Position numbers and translations under genes: made by a program. Below, in pieces: positions 13,012 to 27,500 of a stretch of 64,000 nucleotides of DNA. Below the pieces are notes generated by a model that had not been told where the DNA came from, made no database searches, and saw only the letters and a program-made list of their open reading frames with translations. Each line of letters starts with the position of its first letter. The stretch's first letter is position 1. The DNA is from Massalongia carnosa (Eukaryota). Location of the stretch: assembly GCA_965645245.1 (NCBI GenBank), contig OZ287072.1, positions 930,001-994,000 on the forward strand, read 5' to 3'.

Positions 13012-14281
13012 TTATAGTTGCCTTCTTTGGAGCTTACCAGGGGATTAGGAAAAAGGAGTCGGAGAGATCGGACTCCTGCTGCATTTGGGTACGGCAATCA
13101 TCAAGGTGGAAAAAGGCGTCAGCCCACAAGGGAAGGGGTCTGTTGGGTCTGATCCATGATTTTTTGGGTTCACCGTGCCGTCCCAAGTTCGCGGTACGAT
13201 TGCCGGTGTTGCTGTCTTGGTGGTTAGTAAATAGAGTTGGTGTAAAGTCACTTTCGATCTACTCCATCCGTGTAAATTCTCGTATACTTTGGAATAATTT
13301 GAAGCGGAAAGTTTAGTATAGAGTACCTCGTAGCGGTACCAAAGAACTTACGTACCGTCTAGAACCGCCCGGTCGGGCATGATGGCCGCTTCGGGGATGC
13401 ACTCGAAGACTGAGAATCGTTTCAATATACCTAATCCCCATTTGCCAAGTTAAGCATGCAAATGCAACTACCTCATTATCTGCAAGCTAATCCTACGTGA
13501 AGGATATGCCGTCAAATCGAATGCAAATCCCACTGTTCTGAAAACATTTGATCTGGCAGTGGGATTGGACTGGGGATCCCGTTGATGGGCCTTTGAAGGC
13601 TCGGCTACCTTTTCGATTAATCTAATCATGATGTGAAAGGATCAGATCGACATTCACTTTAACCCCATTGATCACCAGCTGCAGTCGCTACGGGTATAAG
13701 CGGCAGGCACATTCCAGCGGGTGGGTATCCCCCCATCCGCACTTCTGGGGCAGAAGTTTGCACCTCAAATTTTCCCGTTAGGAGAGGCAACGACCTATCC
13801 GAGCACAACTATTCGGCTTTTAGGGTATCGCCGTGCATGGTGCAATGGTGGCTTGAAGCGCGATCCTTCTTTCCAATTGGCTGCAGTTTGTAGTGAATGC
13901 TGGTGCGTGCAGGATGACAATGGCTTCCCGAATCTCCGGTTCACTTATATCCACCCTATCGGTACTATATACAGAGTAGCTTACCCACATCGGCTCATTG
14001 GGTAGGTATGGATATAAATCTTGTTCTGCCGTTGCGATTTGGGCTTTCATGTCAACTTTTCTATTAACCTATAAGTTCTCTTATTGGGCTTTGGAGGTCA
14101 TGGACAGCTTCGGAAAATACTCCAGCAGCTGCAAGAGCAAACGTGCTTGATCACCATATCCTATGCGCTTTCCTCCCTCGCAATTTGCATAGATACGCAT
14201 GCCTGAACGTTGAGATGATAGGCGAGAGTCGGTAGAGAAATTTTAGGCTCTCTCCCTGTCAAGGTTTTGTTGTTTAACACC

Positions 14282-16141
14282 ATGGCCAACGAGATTCTTC
14301 CAATGGTTCTGGAAAACGACAAGAGGCCTTCCTCCCATCCCGAACTGGCCACTCCTTCATCATCGATTGGCAAATCAAGCGGAGATAGGAGATTAGATAG
14401 CAATAGAGAGCGCAAGCCTGGTGATCCAGAGAAAGCATTGATGCCCCAAATTTCACGAACGCCAGAAGATAATGCGCTACTCCGTAAAGCTACCACGATT
14501 GCTACGGCCGGGACCAACAATCCAGACTTTGAAGTTGACTGGAATGGTGAAAATGACTCCATGGACCCAAGAAATTGGTCAAGGTGGTACAAGGGGCTGA
14601 CCATTGCGAGCATGTCATGGAGCACCTGGGTGGTTGTCGTTTACTCTACTTCATACACTACCGGTCTCTCCGAAATGATGGTGGATTTTGACATATCCTC
14701 CGAGCCCCTGGTTACGCTCGGCGTGACAACCTACCTGATAGGATTGGCCGTAGGTTCAGTGATCCTTGCTCCTATTTCGGAAATGTATGGCCGAAGGCCC
14801 GTCTATATTGTATCGATGTTTATGTTCATGGTCCTCATCATTCCATGCGGCATCGGTTCTTCGCTAGCAGAAATACTTGCTGTACGTTTCTTTGGAGCGG
14901 TTGCTGGAAGTGCTATGGTTGCCAACTCTCCTGGAACAATTAGTGATATTGTCACGGATGAATATCGAGCGCTCGCATTATCAATATGGTCGATTGGTCC
15001 GCTGAATGGCCCTACGTTTGGGCCATTAATTGGGGGGTTTTCAACGGAGTACGTTTCGTGAAGATTAAAACGAGTTGCGCAAAATTACTGATGTCTAAGT
15101 TAGATATTTGGGCTGGAGATGGACGAATTGGATTGTACTGATACTGTCTGGAGTTGCTTGGATATTAATTTCGTTGTTAAAGGAGACGTACGCTCCTACT
15201 ATATTGAAGAAGAAAGCGCGCCTCCGTCGAAAGGAGACCGGGGATGAACGATACTGGTCTCGCTACGATGATCGGAAGATATCATTCTGGCAACTTTTGC
15301 AGGTCAATCTCAGTCGTCCCTTTGTTATGATCTTCACGGAACCAATCTGGTAAGTGCTACTCAACCTGGATGGATAAACTCTAACCTTCGCTGATCTGTG
15401 GATTCCAAAAATAGCATTTTTTGGGACATTTATGTTGCAATCATATACGGTATCTTGTATCTTTGCTTCATTGCTTACCCTATCGTATTTAGAGGCCTCC
15501 GTGGCTGGTCTTCAGGCCTTTCCGGCCTCGCTTTCACCGGGCTGGCGGTGGGCTGCTTTATTGTCATTGGCTCTGAACCACTGCTCCGACGGATGATAAA
15601 CTCCCATAAGGTGGACCCCGAAACTGGAAGAGTGCCACCAGAAGCCATGGTCAGCGTTATCTGCATCGCAGCCGTATTGGCTCCCATTGGAGAGCTCTGG
15701 TTCGCTTGGACGTGCACCCCGCCCGTGCATTGGATCTGGCCCATTCTTTCCGGCATTCCGTTCGGCGCAGGCAACACCGCTATCTTCATCTACGCGTCCA
15801 ACTACTTGGCCCATAGTTACGGCATCTACGCCGCGAGTGCGATGGCTGGAAACTCCATCGTCCGATCTCTCCTCGGGGGCACACTGCCATTAGCAGGACC
15901 AGCGTTGTACGCGAGGTTGGATCCACACTGGGCGGGGACCCTGCTTGCCTTACTCCAAGTTCTTATCATACCGATCCCAGTTTTATTCTACAAGTATGGG
16001 CATAGAATTCGGAAGAGGAGCGCGCTGATTCAGAATATGCAAAGAGACAAAGCAAAACTGGATGGAAAGCGAGCTAAGATATTGCTATCCAAAGACATCG
16101 AAAAGATGGCAGAAGTGGAAGCTGAAAAGAATATCGCATAA
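14282..16141 (+). CDS. MFS drug:H+ antiporter (DHA1 family)
   Basis: VDWNGENDSMDPRNWS, APISEMYGRRPVY, RFFGA, GP..GPLIGGF, WRWTNW, ETYAP, ASAMAGN..RS. Two introns at about 15049-15103 and 15350-15414. Confidence 0.9.
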
Positions 16142-16403
16142 GGTTTCGCATTGATTCTTCCTAGACCGCCGGCAGGTCATCCATGGCTATTTACTTTACT
16201 CTATGCATGTCGTTAGGAAATTTTATGGGCTTGGGATGATAGACTTGGATAGTAGACCATGAGATGATGTATATAGCGATTGGAGATTATATTTACTTTC
16301 ATATCCTGGTTGGACGGTGCAGGACTAGGACTGGGAGGATGAGATGTGACGCGCACGTGCAAGTATGTTCCTGCAGCGCTGACATAAAATGATCGACACG
16401 TTC

Positions 16404-16413
16404 ATGACGTCAT
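16404..16413. promoter_or_regulatory. Perfect CRE/ATF palindrome ATGACGTCAT
   Basis: Exact bZIP (Atf1/AtfA-type) site about 300 bp upstream of the gene starting at 16710. Function is inferred. Confidence 0.45.
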
Positions 16414-16709
16414 TGCGAACGACCCGCGAGAGCGCGTGCAAGTTCTGCAAATAAACCGCTTGCGCAAATGATGAATTCATTCAGTACGGCTCCAGATTAT
16501 GCTCGCCTCCACGTCATATTCACAGACTTTCTGATCAATACCCCTCCGGATCGAAGATCTGGTGGTGCTTGTCTCATGTATAAGAACCCCACCCTTTGCT
16601 TAGAACAATTGTACTCTCCTGATTAAATCAGTAGCCCTCCCAAGCGCGCCTTCTCCATTTTTACTTAGCATCCTGAAGACCGTCTTCATCTGTTAAAACT
16701 TAGAACATA

Positions 16710-18169
16710 ATGCCTAGTACTAGATCATCAGCGCGACAGGCAGCTACCGCAAGTTCAAGTCCGAATTCGTCCCATTCTATGCCCACTCTCAAAACCGGCT
16801 CTGCTGGAAGGAAGCGGAAGGGTAGCACTATCACGGGGCTTAAGTCTAAGCGGGGAAGGAAAGGAGATGGCAAACAACAAACTACCATTGAAGCCACAAT
16901 GCCTCTGGAGGACCATGGCGATGACTCTAGGAATGTTGAGATGAATGATGCTGAAGCCCATAGTGGGGAGGAAGCTTCCAAGGTGAAAGCTGTTGGACAA
17001 GAAGATGATGGAGTTAAAGATGAGGAGAAATCTGACGAAATCTTAAGAAATACGAGGAAGGAGGAGGAAGACGATGCTCAGCCGGAGGACAAGGCAAATG
17101 GCTACAATAAAAATAATGCCGAAGCAGTTGGAAATGGAAAAATTGAGCCGGAAAATGAGGCGAATGCTGACCGCAAAGCTGAGATAAAAAATACAGACAA
17201 GGCTGTTGAGAATTCCTCAGAACGCGAAAAGTCAACTCCGTCCAGTATTCTCGAGAAAGGCATAATCTACTTCTTTTTCCGTGGACGAGTTAACATCGAC
17301 GAACCGTCCGACGTAGGCGATATTGCGAGGAGTTATATCGTTCTCCGTCCAATGCCCCACGGGTCAAAGCTTGGGGATGGCCCAATCGGTGATGCGGGAA
17401 CCAACCGTTTGCTTGCGCTACCTAAGAAAGTTTTGCCTGCTAGTCCTAAGGATAGATTTATGATCTTTGTCGAGAAAGCCAACGCCAGTCTGGAAGAAAT
17501 CAAAACTGCTTTTGCGTCTTCAAATTACGCTACTAAGACGGCCGGCAGCCGTCACACGCCTGCAGCCACACCAATTGGAGAAGGAGTCTATGCTATCGTC
17601 TCGACAGGTCGCGAATCCCATCTAGTTTATATCTTGACTATCCCATCAGAGCTGAGCGAGGTGCAAAAAGACGTTGGGCTTCAAAAGCGTGGCAGCTTTG
17701 TAACCTCTGTGAAGAACCCTCAGTATCCTAGCCCAGCAAACACAAATCTACCTGAAAGTCCGGAGTACCCCCAAGAGTACGTTGGGCTTCTAGTATCAGC
17801 CATACCATCTTATTAACAAATTTACTTAGGATCTTAGACGAATTTCGTAGCCTTCGCTGGATGCCATTGCAACCGAAGTTGCTCGACTATGTCAATACCC
17901 AATTTCTGATAATTGGCCATTCCGGTAGCGATCTAGACAAAGCCACTGCGCAGCAGCCTGATGATGACAAGAACAACAAGGATACGCCTTTGGAGGAGAT
18001 CGAGAAATTAGAGCACGAAGATGAATTTCGTGTTAAGCATTTAAAAGGTACTAAAGCTGTACTAATCCGAGTATGTTCCTTAATGCTAATGCTTGTAGGG
18101 GACGACTCGGTGTTTGTGGATCTAGGCCTCAGCTCGGAAGAATATCCCAAGGTCCAGACTACATGGTAG
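16710..18169 (+). CDS. Conserved fungal protein of unknown function (charged N-terminus; conserved ILEKGIIYFF domain)
   Basis: 368-aa ORF plus two downstream exons (introns at about 17778-17829 and 18048-18098). Motifs ILEKGIIYFFFRGRV, RLLALPKK, GEGVYAI, SFVTSVKNP. Confidence 0.8.
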
Positions 18170-19212
18170 TTCTAGTATTAATCAACAACTCTTATCTTTT
18201 ATTCTTAGTCTGCGCTGAATCTGCGGCGCTCAGCATGTGTTTCTTTGTTTAAGAAGGGGCTGCAATCGTGCAAGTTATCGTGATGGGTGGATAGCACCAG
18301 ATCGTATCTGTCTGTACTCGTACCAGGAAATACTGGCAACGAGAAGGCAAAATGGGGGCAAAAGAGAAAGGAAAAATGCAATCACATGGGAGGCATTAAG
18401 ACCTCTATGTATCACGTAGGGCGTCTATGAGCGGATTCATGTCTTTTTTTCACGTCCTCTATTGCTTCAAGTATTTTGACCGGTCCGCCTAATTTGAGAA
18501 AGGCTTACAACCGTTCGATAGAAGGAATCGTGTTCTAAAGACGCGCAAAGCTGTTCTGTGCTAGAGTCTTTGCCGCTTGCATAACTTTGGAGCTTCTGGG
18601 ATAGGTAAAATATATGTTTTTGATACTCCTTACAGAAGTACTCCGTACTCTCAAGTCTAAATCAGACTCCCGAGGTCTTGGTTCTCTGACCGTAACCGGA
18701 AACGGCATGGCCCGTCTGTCTGGCGTCATGAACCAAAGTTTAGCGGTGTTACCAGTTTCGAAACAATTTCGTCGTTGATTACACTCCATCTTGTCCCACA
18801 ACATTTCCTTCATAAAACAACTTCTTTCGCAAAGAGACTATATCCTCTCCTCCTTCTCCTCTACCAAGTACTTCGCTCCCAAACCCTTCAGCCTTTGGAC
18901 TCTAAAGACTCTGACCTTACATCATTTGCTAACTTAGCCTTCCCTCTCTACTGCCTTTCCATTAGTCTTTAAGATCTTCAATGAAGTGAAAAGAGTAGCT
19001 TCTTGGTCAAAAATACTTTGGGTTCCTTCTTTGTCTCGTTCCTCCAAGAATCAGAAGACGAATCTCTACAAACGAATTTCCTCGGGTGAACCACCAAATA
19101 TCAGCGATTAGACGTTTCAGAGCCACAATCATCTAGAGTACCTAAATTTCCAAGATTGTCCTTTGACAAGTACAAAGCGTAAATTTCCAAGTTAGGGAGG
19201 AGCTCATTGAAG

Positions 19213-20962
19213 ATGGCCTCAGCTTTAGCAGACCAACTCGGTAATACGAAGATTAGGTGGGTGAGCTTTAGCAAGATATGACGAGGAGTTATGCTAAGTT
19301 ATTCTTTCAGCGACGGGACGTCAGACAGTGGATGGAAAGAAAAACTTAAAATCCCATCTAAGGATGTTCGACCGCAAACCGAGGTTTGTTCATCATGCCC
19401 TTTATGAATTTGAAACTGACGAATATTAGGATGTAACAGCTACCAAAGGTCTTGATTTTGAGGATTTCTTCATCAAGCGAGAACTTATGATGGGCATCTT
19501 CGAGGCTGGGTTTGAGAAACCTTCACCAATTCAAGAAGAAACCATTCCTGTCGCACTTACCGGCCGAGATATATTAGCGCGTGCGAAGAACGGTACAGGC
19601 AAGACTGCCGCCTTCGTTATTCCTACCCTTGAGCGGATCAACTCTAAGAGCGCCAAGATACAAGCCTTGATCCTCGTTCCCACAAGAGAGCTAGCGCTTC
19701 AAACATCTCAGGTCTGTAAGACGTTGGGGAAGCACCTGGGCATTAACGTCATGGTGACCACAGGCGGCACTGGCCTGAAGGACGATATCATACGTTTGAA
19801 TGAGGCGGTTCACATCATTGTCGGCACGCCTGGCCGGGTCTTGGATCTTGCAAGCAAAGGGGTCACAGATTTGAGCGAATGCCCTACGTTCGTCATGGAC
19901 GAGGCGGACAAGCTTCTGTCACCAGAGTTTACTCCCGTAATTGAACAACTTCTCTCATTTCACCCGAAAGACCGACAAGTTATGCTCTTTAGTGCCACCT
20001 TTCCCTTAATTGTGAAATCCTTCAAAGTATGACCCGAACGTGTTTTCTCTTCCTCCGATGCTCACAATCTCTAGGACAAGCACATGACCAATCCTTACGA
20101 AATCAATCTCATGGATGAACTTACCCTTCGAGGTATCACGCAATATTACGCCTTCGTGGAAGAGAAGCAAAAGGTTCATTGTCTCAATACTTTGTTCTCA
20201 AAACTGCAGATCAACCAATCTATCATCTTTTGCAACTCGACAAACCGTGTCGAGCTTCTTGCCAAAAAAATCACCGAACTTGGCTATTCGTGTTTTTATT
20301 CCCATGCTCGCATGCTGCAGCATAACCGCAATCGGGTTTTCCATGACTTCCGAAACGGCGTTTGCCGCAATCTTGTCTGCTCGGATCTGCTTACCCGGGG
20401 GATTGACATTCAAGCTGTCAATGTAGTTATCAACTTTGACTTTCCCAAGAATGCGGAGACATATTTACATCGTATCGGTCGGTCTGGGCGTTTTGGTCAT
20501 CTAGGTCTGGCCATAAACCTGATAAACTGGGAGGATAGATTCAATCTTTACAAAATTGAGCAAGAGCTAGGAACCGAGATCCAGCCTATTCCCCAATCAA
20601 TTGACAAGAAGCTTTACGTATATGACTCACCAGAGAGTATTCCTCGACCCGTATCCAGCTCATCGACCCAGCGCCCAGGATCTGGATCGGATCAACATTC
20701 AGCTGGAGGCTCGCAACGATACAATCGTGGCCCAGGAACGTCCTCGAATGGAAGTTATTCTAACCAACCACGTAACCCTAGAGGCCATGGACCCCCGCGC
20801 GACCAGTCCCAGCAGAACTCGGCAAGTTCCCATGCAAATCAACGTGGCCAAGGTCATCCATATGGACAAAATAGGGGACCACCCAAAGAGCTACAGAACA
20901 AGAAGCCGAATGGCTTCCCGACGCAGCAAACCCCCAAGGACCCTGCTGAAACGACCTCTTAG
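19213..20962 (+). CDS. DHH1: DEAD-box RNA helicase Dhh1 (DDX6)
   Basis: [49 protein letters not shown]. Three introns; Q/G/N-rich C-terminal tail. Confidence 0.97.
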
Positions 20963-22108
20963 CCCTATAAGAAGGTATATCACACCCCAACGGCTAGCTA
21001 TGCTTAGGTGCATGTTATTTTCTAGCCAGGACATACGAGCTCTCTTTCCGACTGCTTGTTTTTGCTGGACAAAGTCTGTTCGCCAAGTCTTCAGTCCTGT
21101 TCAACATACACCACCCATGTTTTCACTCCACGTTTGCATGAGAAACGGAAATTTCACGTTCAACTCCCGACTCTTTCCACATCCTTCTATGATATTCGAG
21201 CATCTCGATCTTTCATTGAAAGTAGGTTCTCTTAATCTTTATAATCTCGCCTATCGGTTTTCTCAGGACTACGGAGTTCTGCGATAAAAGCCGCGCGCGA
21301 TAGGCGCCTTCGAGGTGTTCGGTCTGTAAAAATTCCCCCGGTGTTTCGGCGTTAGAGATCTCCTTGCAGTACCACCATGTCGGTGGTTAGATATCCAGTG
21401 CTGCGTACCAGGCTCAGGCTCCTTCGATATTACAGATCACTCAAGGATTGCACCATAGGCGGCCCTTGCGAGCCATTTCACTCTTCCCCCCACACCACTT
21501 GCGCTATCCTGTTTCTTATTTACGCCTCCCTCGACAATCTCTTCACTATTCCACTCACTATCTTCATCAAACCCCCAACTCTCGAGTTACGAAGCAAACC
21601 GTTGGTATTCTTGGACTTGGCGCTCCTCTTGAGGCCTTACGCTTCAGCGTTCTCTCTTTGATTGAGAGCAGTGACTTTGGTCCACCACTGTCTGAGGGGT
21701 TTTAAGTTCATGCTTCTGACGCCTTGTGTCATGACTTCGCATGCGTTCGCTAGACGGCTCCTGCCTCTTCTTTACTCGCGTGTTAAACTAACTTTACACG
21801 GGATAGAAAGAATTGCCAGCAGGGAAAATTAAAAAACCCAAAAAAAGAGGAAGAGGTAGAGAGGTTTCATGGCAGGTCAACAAAGATGCGATCCCAAATG
21901 CTTTAGCCATAGCTATCTTTAAACATGAAGCCATTCCCTCTGAATGATATCTCCAACCAAGATGGAGTGTTTAGGTGATGTTGATCCTGTAACCCTAGGA
22001 ATGACGAGTTTTCCCTTCGTAAAGTCATTACTCTATCGTGAGTCCAGGTTCGTAAATTACACAATAAAGCAATATATTACCGCACATCGACTTTTCCCAA
22101 TTTGCATT

Positions 22109-23664
22109 ATGGCAACCTCCCCACAAGATCAGAAACCAAAGGTCTCTCTACTCTCCCTATACAAAACATATGGGAAATGGATGATCACTGACAAAGCTAG
22201 CCTAGTGCTCTACGATCTATCATCGCAGGCTCTACTGCTGGCGCTGTGGAGATTGGTACTAACCCCCCCGAGTATATGAAGATAGCCAGTCGCAGATACT
22301 AATCACAACCTTCTTCTCTCGACAGCGATCACGTATCCCGCTGAATGTACGTATTTCCTACTCGGCGCTCTGAACTAAAATTAGAAAGCAATGGATATAA
22401 TTAAAAAGTACATTCTTTTGACATAAACAACCTAGTTGCTAAAACCCGAACCCAATTGAATCGAAGACTCCCTCATGGACAAAAATTGGGATGGCCGCCG
22501 TTTGGGAAGGCTTGGTATGCGGGATGCACTACGTTGATTATTGGGAACTCGCTGAAGGCAGGGATACGTACGTTTTCTGAGGCTCGGCGGCTTTTCTGCT
22601 TTTAGAGAGGACCAGGAATACATTAGACAATGGAGTCCTTTGACTGAACGGGGACTGTGACATAGGGTTTGTGGCATTTGACACTTACAAAACTTTGTTA
22701 CAAGACGAGGCAGGCAAGATCTCAGGCCCCAGGACTGTGATCGCTGGATTTGGTGCAGGGATCACGGAGTCCTTGTTAGCCGTCACGCCTTTTGAGAGTA
22801 TCAAGACTACACTGTTTGTGACTCCATCCCTTCCCCTCTCTGCAATAATATTACCCTAAGCCATAATACCGCTAACCCCCTGAGGACAACCCTACTCATA
22901 GAATCGACGACCGCAAATCCCCCAACCCACGCATGCACGGCTTCCTGCACGGCTCCACCATCATTTTCCGTGAACGCGGCGTCCGCGGCTTCTTCCAAGG
23001 CTTCTTTCCTACAACCGCTCGGCAGGCTGCTAATTCCGCGACAAGATTCGGAAGCTATATAACGCTGAAGCAATTCGCGCAGGGGTATGTGGCGCCTGGG
23101 GAAAAACTGGGGACAGTCAGCACGTTTGGGATCGGCGGGGTGGCGGGGCTGATCACTGTGTACGATCTTGCTACCTTTCTGAATGAAAAATTTAATCTCC
23201 TCTAGCTAATACATCGTTGGGGAAAGTTACGTAACTCAACCACTCGACACCATCAAAACCCGGTGAGGTGTCGTTTCCAACCATGACGGAAGAGTAGCAA
23301 AGCTAACCGAGCCATTTCTGGGGGTAACCAGCATGCAATCCATCGACGCGCGAAAGGAGTACAGGAACAGCTTCGTGTGCGCAACGCGCATCTTCAAGGA
23401 CGAGGGTATCCTGACGTTTTGGTCTGGTGCGCTGCCTCGCTTGGCAAGGCTGGTGTTGAGCGGCGGTATCGTGTTTACTATGTACGTCTTTTATTTCGTT
23501 TTTGTTTCCAGGAGAGCAAGATAGGCAACAAAAGGGGGAGAGGGGTTCCATCTCCGTCTTGAGAAAGGGAGAATCTGGACGGAATTCGCTAACATGAGGG
23601 CCGCAGGTACGAAAAAACGATGGAGGGACTGGACCGGTTGGATCCCGAGCGGCGATACATATAA
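22109..23664 (+). CDS. CTP1: Mitochondrial citrate/tricarboxylate carrier
   Basis: Nine exons assembled by eye give AGSTAGAVEIAITYPAEFAKTRTQL, GNSLKAGIRFVAFD, VTPFESIKT, RQAANSATRF, TQPLDTIKTRMQS, FWSGALPRLARL. Includes a 21-nt exon at 22326-22346. Confidence 0.92.
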
Positions 23665-24538
23665 AGCCCCTTTTCCCCTCCGTTGGAGTGTCTTTGTGCA
23701 TTCGATTCAATGTCCCAAAGTAAAGATAAAACACAATCAATCAATAGTCGCTTCGAAACTAACTCAATTCCCATAGCATCCTCTGCCTCTCCAATCTTCC
23801 CTTCCCACTTGCCCCTGAGCCACCTTTCCTACCTCCCTGATCTCCCCCTTGCACTCCTTTCCCTTCTTCCCCCATCTATCTATCTAACCCCCCCACCCCG
23901 GCACCAAAAACCCGCTTGATGGATGCTTCGGCCCGTGTGCTGTTTATTTAAAAGTACATAAAAGGGAAAGAAGACGGATGGACAGGGTTTACACCATCAT
24001 ATATCTATCTACCTGATCAGATTACCACATACCGTGGTAGGTGGTTATGTAGTTACTACTAATTCCTTTCTCCATCCCCCATCCTTTCTTTCTGCCTATG
24101 TCTCTAAAAAAAGCAAAACCAACCCGACCAGTAAGTTTCCTTCACGGAATAACCTAACCCCACGCCTTCACACTAGAGCAACATTTGACGGTATCGTATT
24201 TGTATGTACATCCCTTCCAGCCTCCCAAGGTAGCCGTAGTAGAAGGGATGAAATGCAAAAGAAAGCCTCCCCCCCCCAATCATCTTGCCATTCCATGAAA
24301 AGTCAATCGAATATCCTTAGCTCATTCATACTCTCCCCCGCTGGACTCTCCCCAATTCCACCCTTTTCTTAAAAAGAAAGGAAGCTCGGGTCGTCCATTC
24401 CTTTTCATCCCAGAAGCAAGCTGATTCAAAACGCCTCGGTTAGCATGCTTATCAACGCCTAATTTCTCAAGACGCCTGTAGCGATAGGAAAGGGTCTCTA
24501 TGCATGTTTGTAAGACTAGTGTGGCCAAATAGTCGAAT

Positions 24539-27500
24539 CTATCGCTTCCTGGCTTTTGATTTGCTCTTCGCGGCTAAAGGGGGGGGGGACTCTGTAGATG
24601 TAATACTTGCCGCACGGGAGGTACGTGCGGTGGTGGATTTGCTACCGTTCTTGACGGCGTCAAGCTGCTTGTTCTGAAGCAAGATGTCAGCATTGCGTAC
24701 ACTAAAAATAAAATCGAAATAGAGTTTGTAAAGAGTAGCCCACCTTGACACCATTCTTTGCTTTCTTCTTTGCAGGAGCAGAATCCTCCTCCAACTCATC
24801 CTCTTCCTCGTCTCTTGGTCTTACTTTCCCCGTTCCATTCCCGTTAGCCATCTTCCCGTCACTGGCCTCAAATTCCCTTGCCACGGTTGTTAACAGCGTA
24901 GCGCATCTCCGGCCAATCTCCACCGGCGTGCGGCTGAGGAAGAACCAATCGAAACGAAACAATGGGCTCTCTCTAATTTCATCCCTGATTCTATCATAAA
25001 TCCCCTCGCCGTCGACGCCGAATCGATCCAGCATAACGAGTAGGAAGCGGTCTTCTTCTTCGGTGTAGACCTTTTTATTCGTAGTTGAGACTGAATAATT
25101 CAGCTTGAGTTGTTGCAACGGCACGCGATACAGCTCCATCTTCCGTTTCAGCATTTTTCGCTGATGATGCAGCTTGCGAGCCTTGTCCTCGCCAGCGTCG
25201 ATCGTGCTAAGATATTTAGGGTAATCCGCTATGTCTGTGTAACGTTGCCAGAATACTTTCGCATACAGACGGACTTCCTTCTCGGTTTTGCCGTCAACGT
25301 CCTCCGCGATGCTCGCGTACTGGTCTCGACCATGCCGCGCGGAACCATGAATAAACTGCTGAAAGTCTCGTCGATTCCAATGCAGAAACCCTTGTTCAGA
25401 CAAGCGGGCCTTCTCCTCTTGCTCGGCTTGAGTCAATGGCTGGGCATCGTCAATCTCCTGTTGCTCAAGGGCACGCTCCGCCTCTTTGTTGCTTTCGCTT
25501 AAATCATCTCGGTCCGGAAGGGGAACTTTATAGCCAATCTCTTTTCGGAACCAGGCAGTCTCACGTTCTTGCAAGTCGGTCAGCCTTGGAGGAAAGAACT
25601 GCCAGTCATGGATTTGAACCTGTTTCGGGGCACGTGGAGCTTTTGGTTTAGCATCTGCAGTTCTTCCTCCAGTCGACAGGGCATCGCGGTAGTATTTGTC
25701 CATTGAATAAGATTGGTCCTTTCGCTCACGCCTGGGAGGTTGGATCCAGTTTATGCCAATATCTTTCTTGACATTTTTAGTAAAATCCTCACCGTTCCAC
25801 TCATAAGCATTCTCAGACGAAAATTTTTGCAAGTCATCAATTCCAAGCTTCTCATATCTAGCATTGAGTTCAGCCGTCCGTTCCTCTCCGTGCTTGAGGA
25901 TGGCATCGATGTCATCATCTGAAAGATCCGACTTGCTGCCCAGCACGCCCGTCGCTCCATTGCTTTCAAATACTTTTTCTGCGCCGTGTTGGATCATGTG
26001 CAAAAGGTCGTCCTTTGAAGCGGCTGCCTTCGCCGCCTGCTGAGCTCGTCCTTGCTGTATAACTAGCTGATCTAGGCGAAGCTTCTGAGCTGCTCTTTCA
26101 AGCACCTTCTCTTCAATAGCCTGCTCAGTGACAAATCGGAAGACAACAACCTGTTTTGTTTGTCCTATTCGATGAGCACGATCCATGGCCTGCAAGTCTG
26201 CTTGAGGATTCCAGTCGCTATCATATAATATGACGATATCTGCGCTCGTAAGATTAATGCCGAGACCACCTGCCCGGGTCGTAAGAAGGAAGACAAACTT
26301 TTCCGAGCCCGGTTTGTTGTAGTCATCAATTCCAGCGATACGGTCTTCGTGTGCCGTTGAGCCATCAATTCTGCAATATTTGTGGTCACGAAATACACAG
26401 TAATCCTCAAGGATGTCAAGTACTCTGCTCATCTGAGAGAAGATCAAGATTCTGCTCCCTTGCTTCTTCATTCGAGTGAGGATCTTATCAAGCATAACCA
26501 TCTTTCCAGCGTTGAAAATTAGATGTTCATCAGTTGTGTATGGAGGACCAGGTTCGGCACCCTCAAAGAGATACGGATGGTTGCAGCATTTTCGGAGCTG
26601 CATTACAATATTCAGCAGCCGTGTTTTGGATTCACGCTTTCCAGCAGCGCCATTAACGGCGTCTATGTCCTTCTCAAGTATCTTTTTATACCATCGAACC
26701 TGCATATCCGACATCCCAATATAGAGATTGATCTCCTTTTTGGGGAGCAAACTCTTTTCAACATCGCTTTTGACTCTTCGCAGGAGGAAAGGGCGGAGAA
26801 CCCTATGTAGCTGCTGAACGACGGTATCTTGGTCCGCATTTTGGCCTGAGAACCATTGATCAAAGGCTTCGGAATCCCCAAATACATCGGGGAGCAAGAA
26901 ATTCAGCAACGCCCATAGCTCATGCAGATTATTTTGAAGAGGTGTCCCGGTAATAAGAAGTCGGTTTCTTGAAGAGAAAAGTCGTATAATTTGAGCAAGG
27001 GATGATTCCTCATTCTTTATGCGATGAGCTTCGTCGATAATGATGTACTCCCATGCAAATTTCTTGAGATGCGCCTTCTCCCGAAGAATCATCTCGTAAC
27101 TTGTAATACAAACATCGAACTTCTCATCTATTAGTCGATCATTGATTAGTTGATGTCGTTCGTCCTTTGCGCCCTGCAGAACCAGAACATCCACCTCCGG
27201 CGTCCACATGGCGAATTCACGCTTCCAGTTGTCAAGCGTAGATTTCGGCACAACGATGAGATGAGGTCCATTAATATCACAGATGTGTCGTAGGTATCCG
27301 AGGAAAGCAATGGTCTGCAAAGTCTTGCCTAGCCCCATCTCATCTGCGAGAATCCCAGAAATCCCGTTTTCATGCAGAGACACCAACCAATTAAGACCTG
27401 CAACCTGATAATCACGCATCTCCCCATTTTTGATAAATCCCGGGGAATCGCGGAAAATAGTCTCGGCCTGGCCGCCAAGCTTCTCATCATCCAAAAGTTC

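Noticed and set aside
20601..21287. 228-aa overlapping ORF at the DHH1 3' end
   Set aside because: Starts at TTG, is an alternative frame of a low-complexity tail and has no recognisable motifs.
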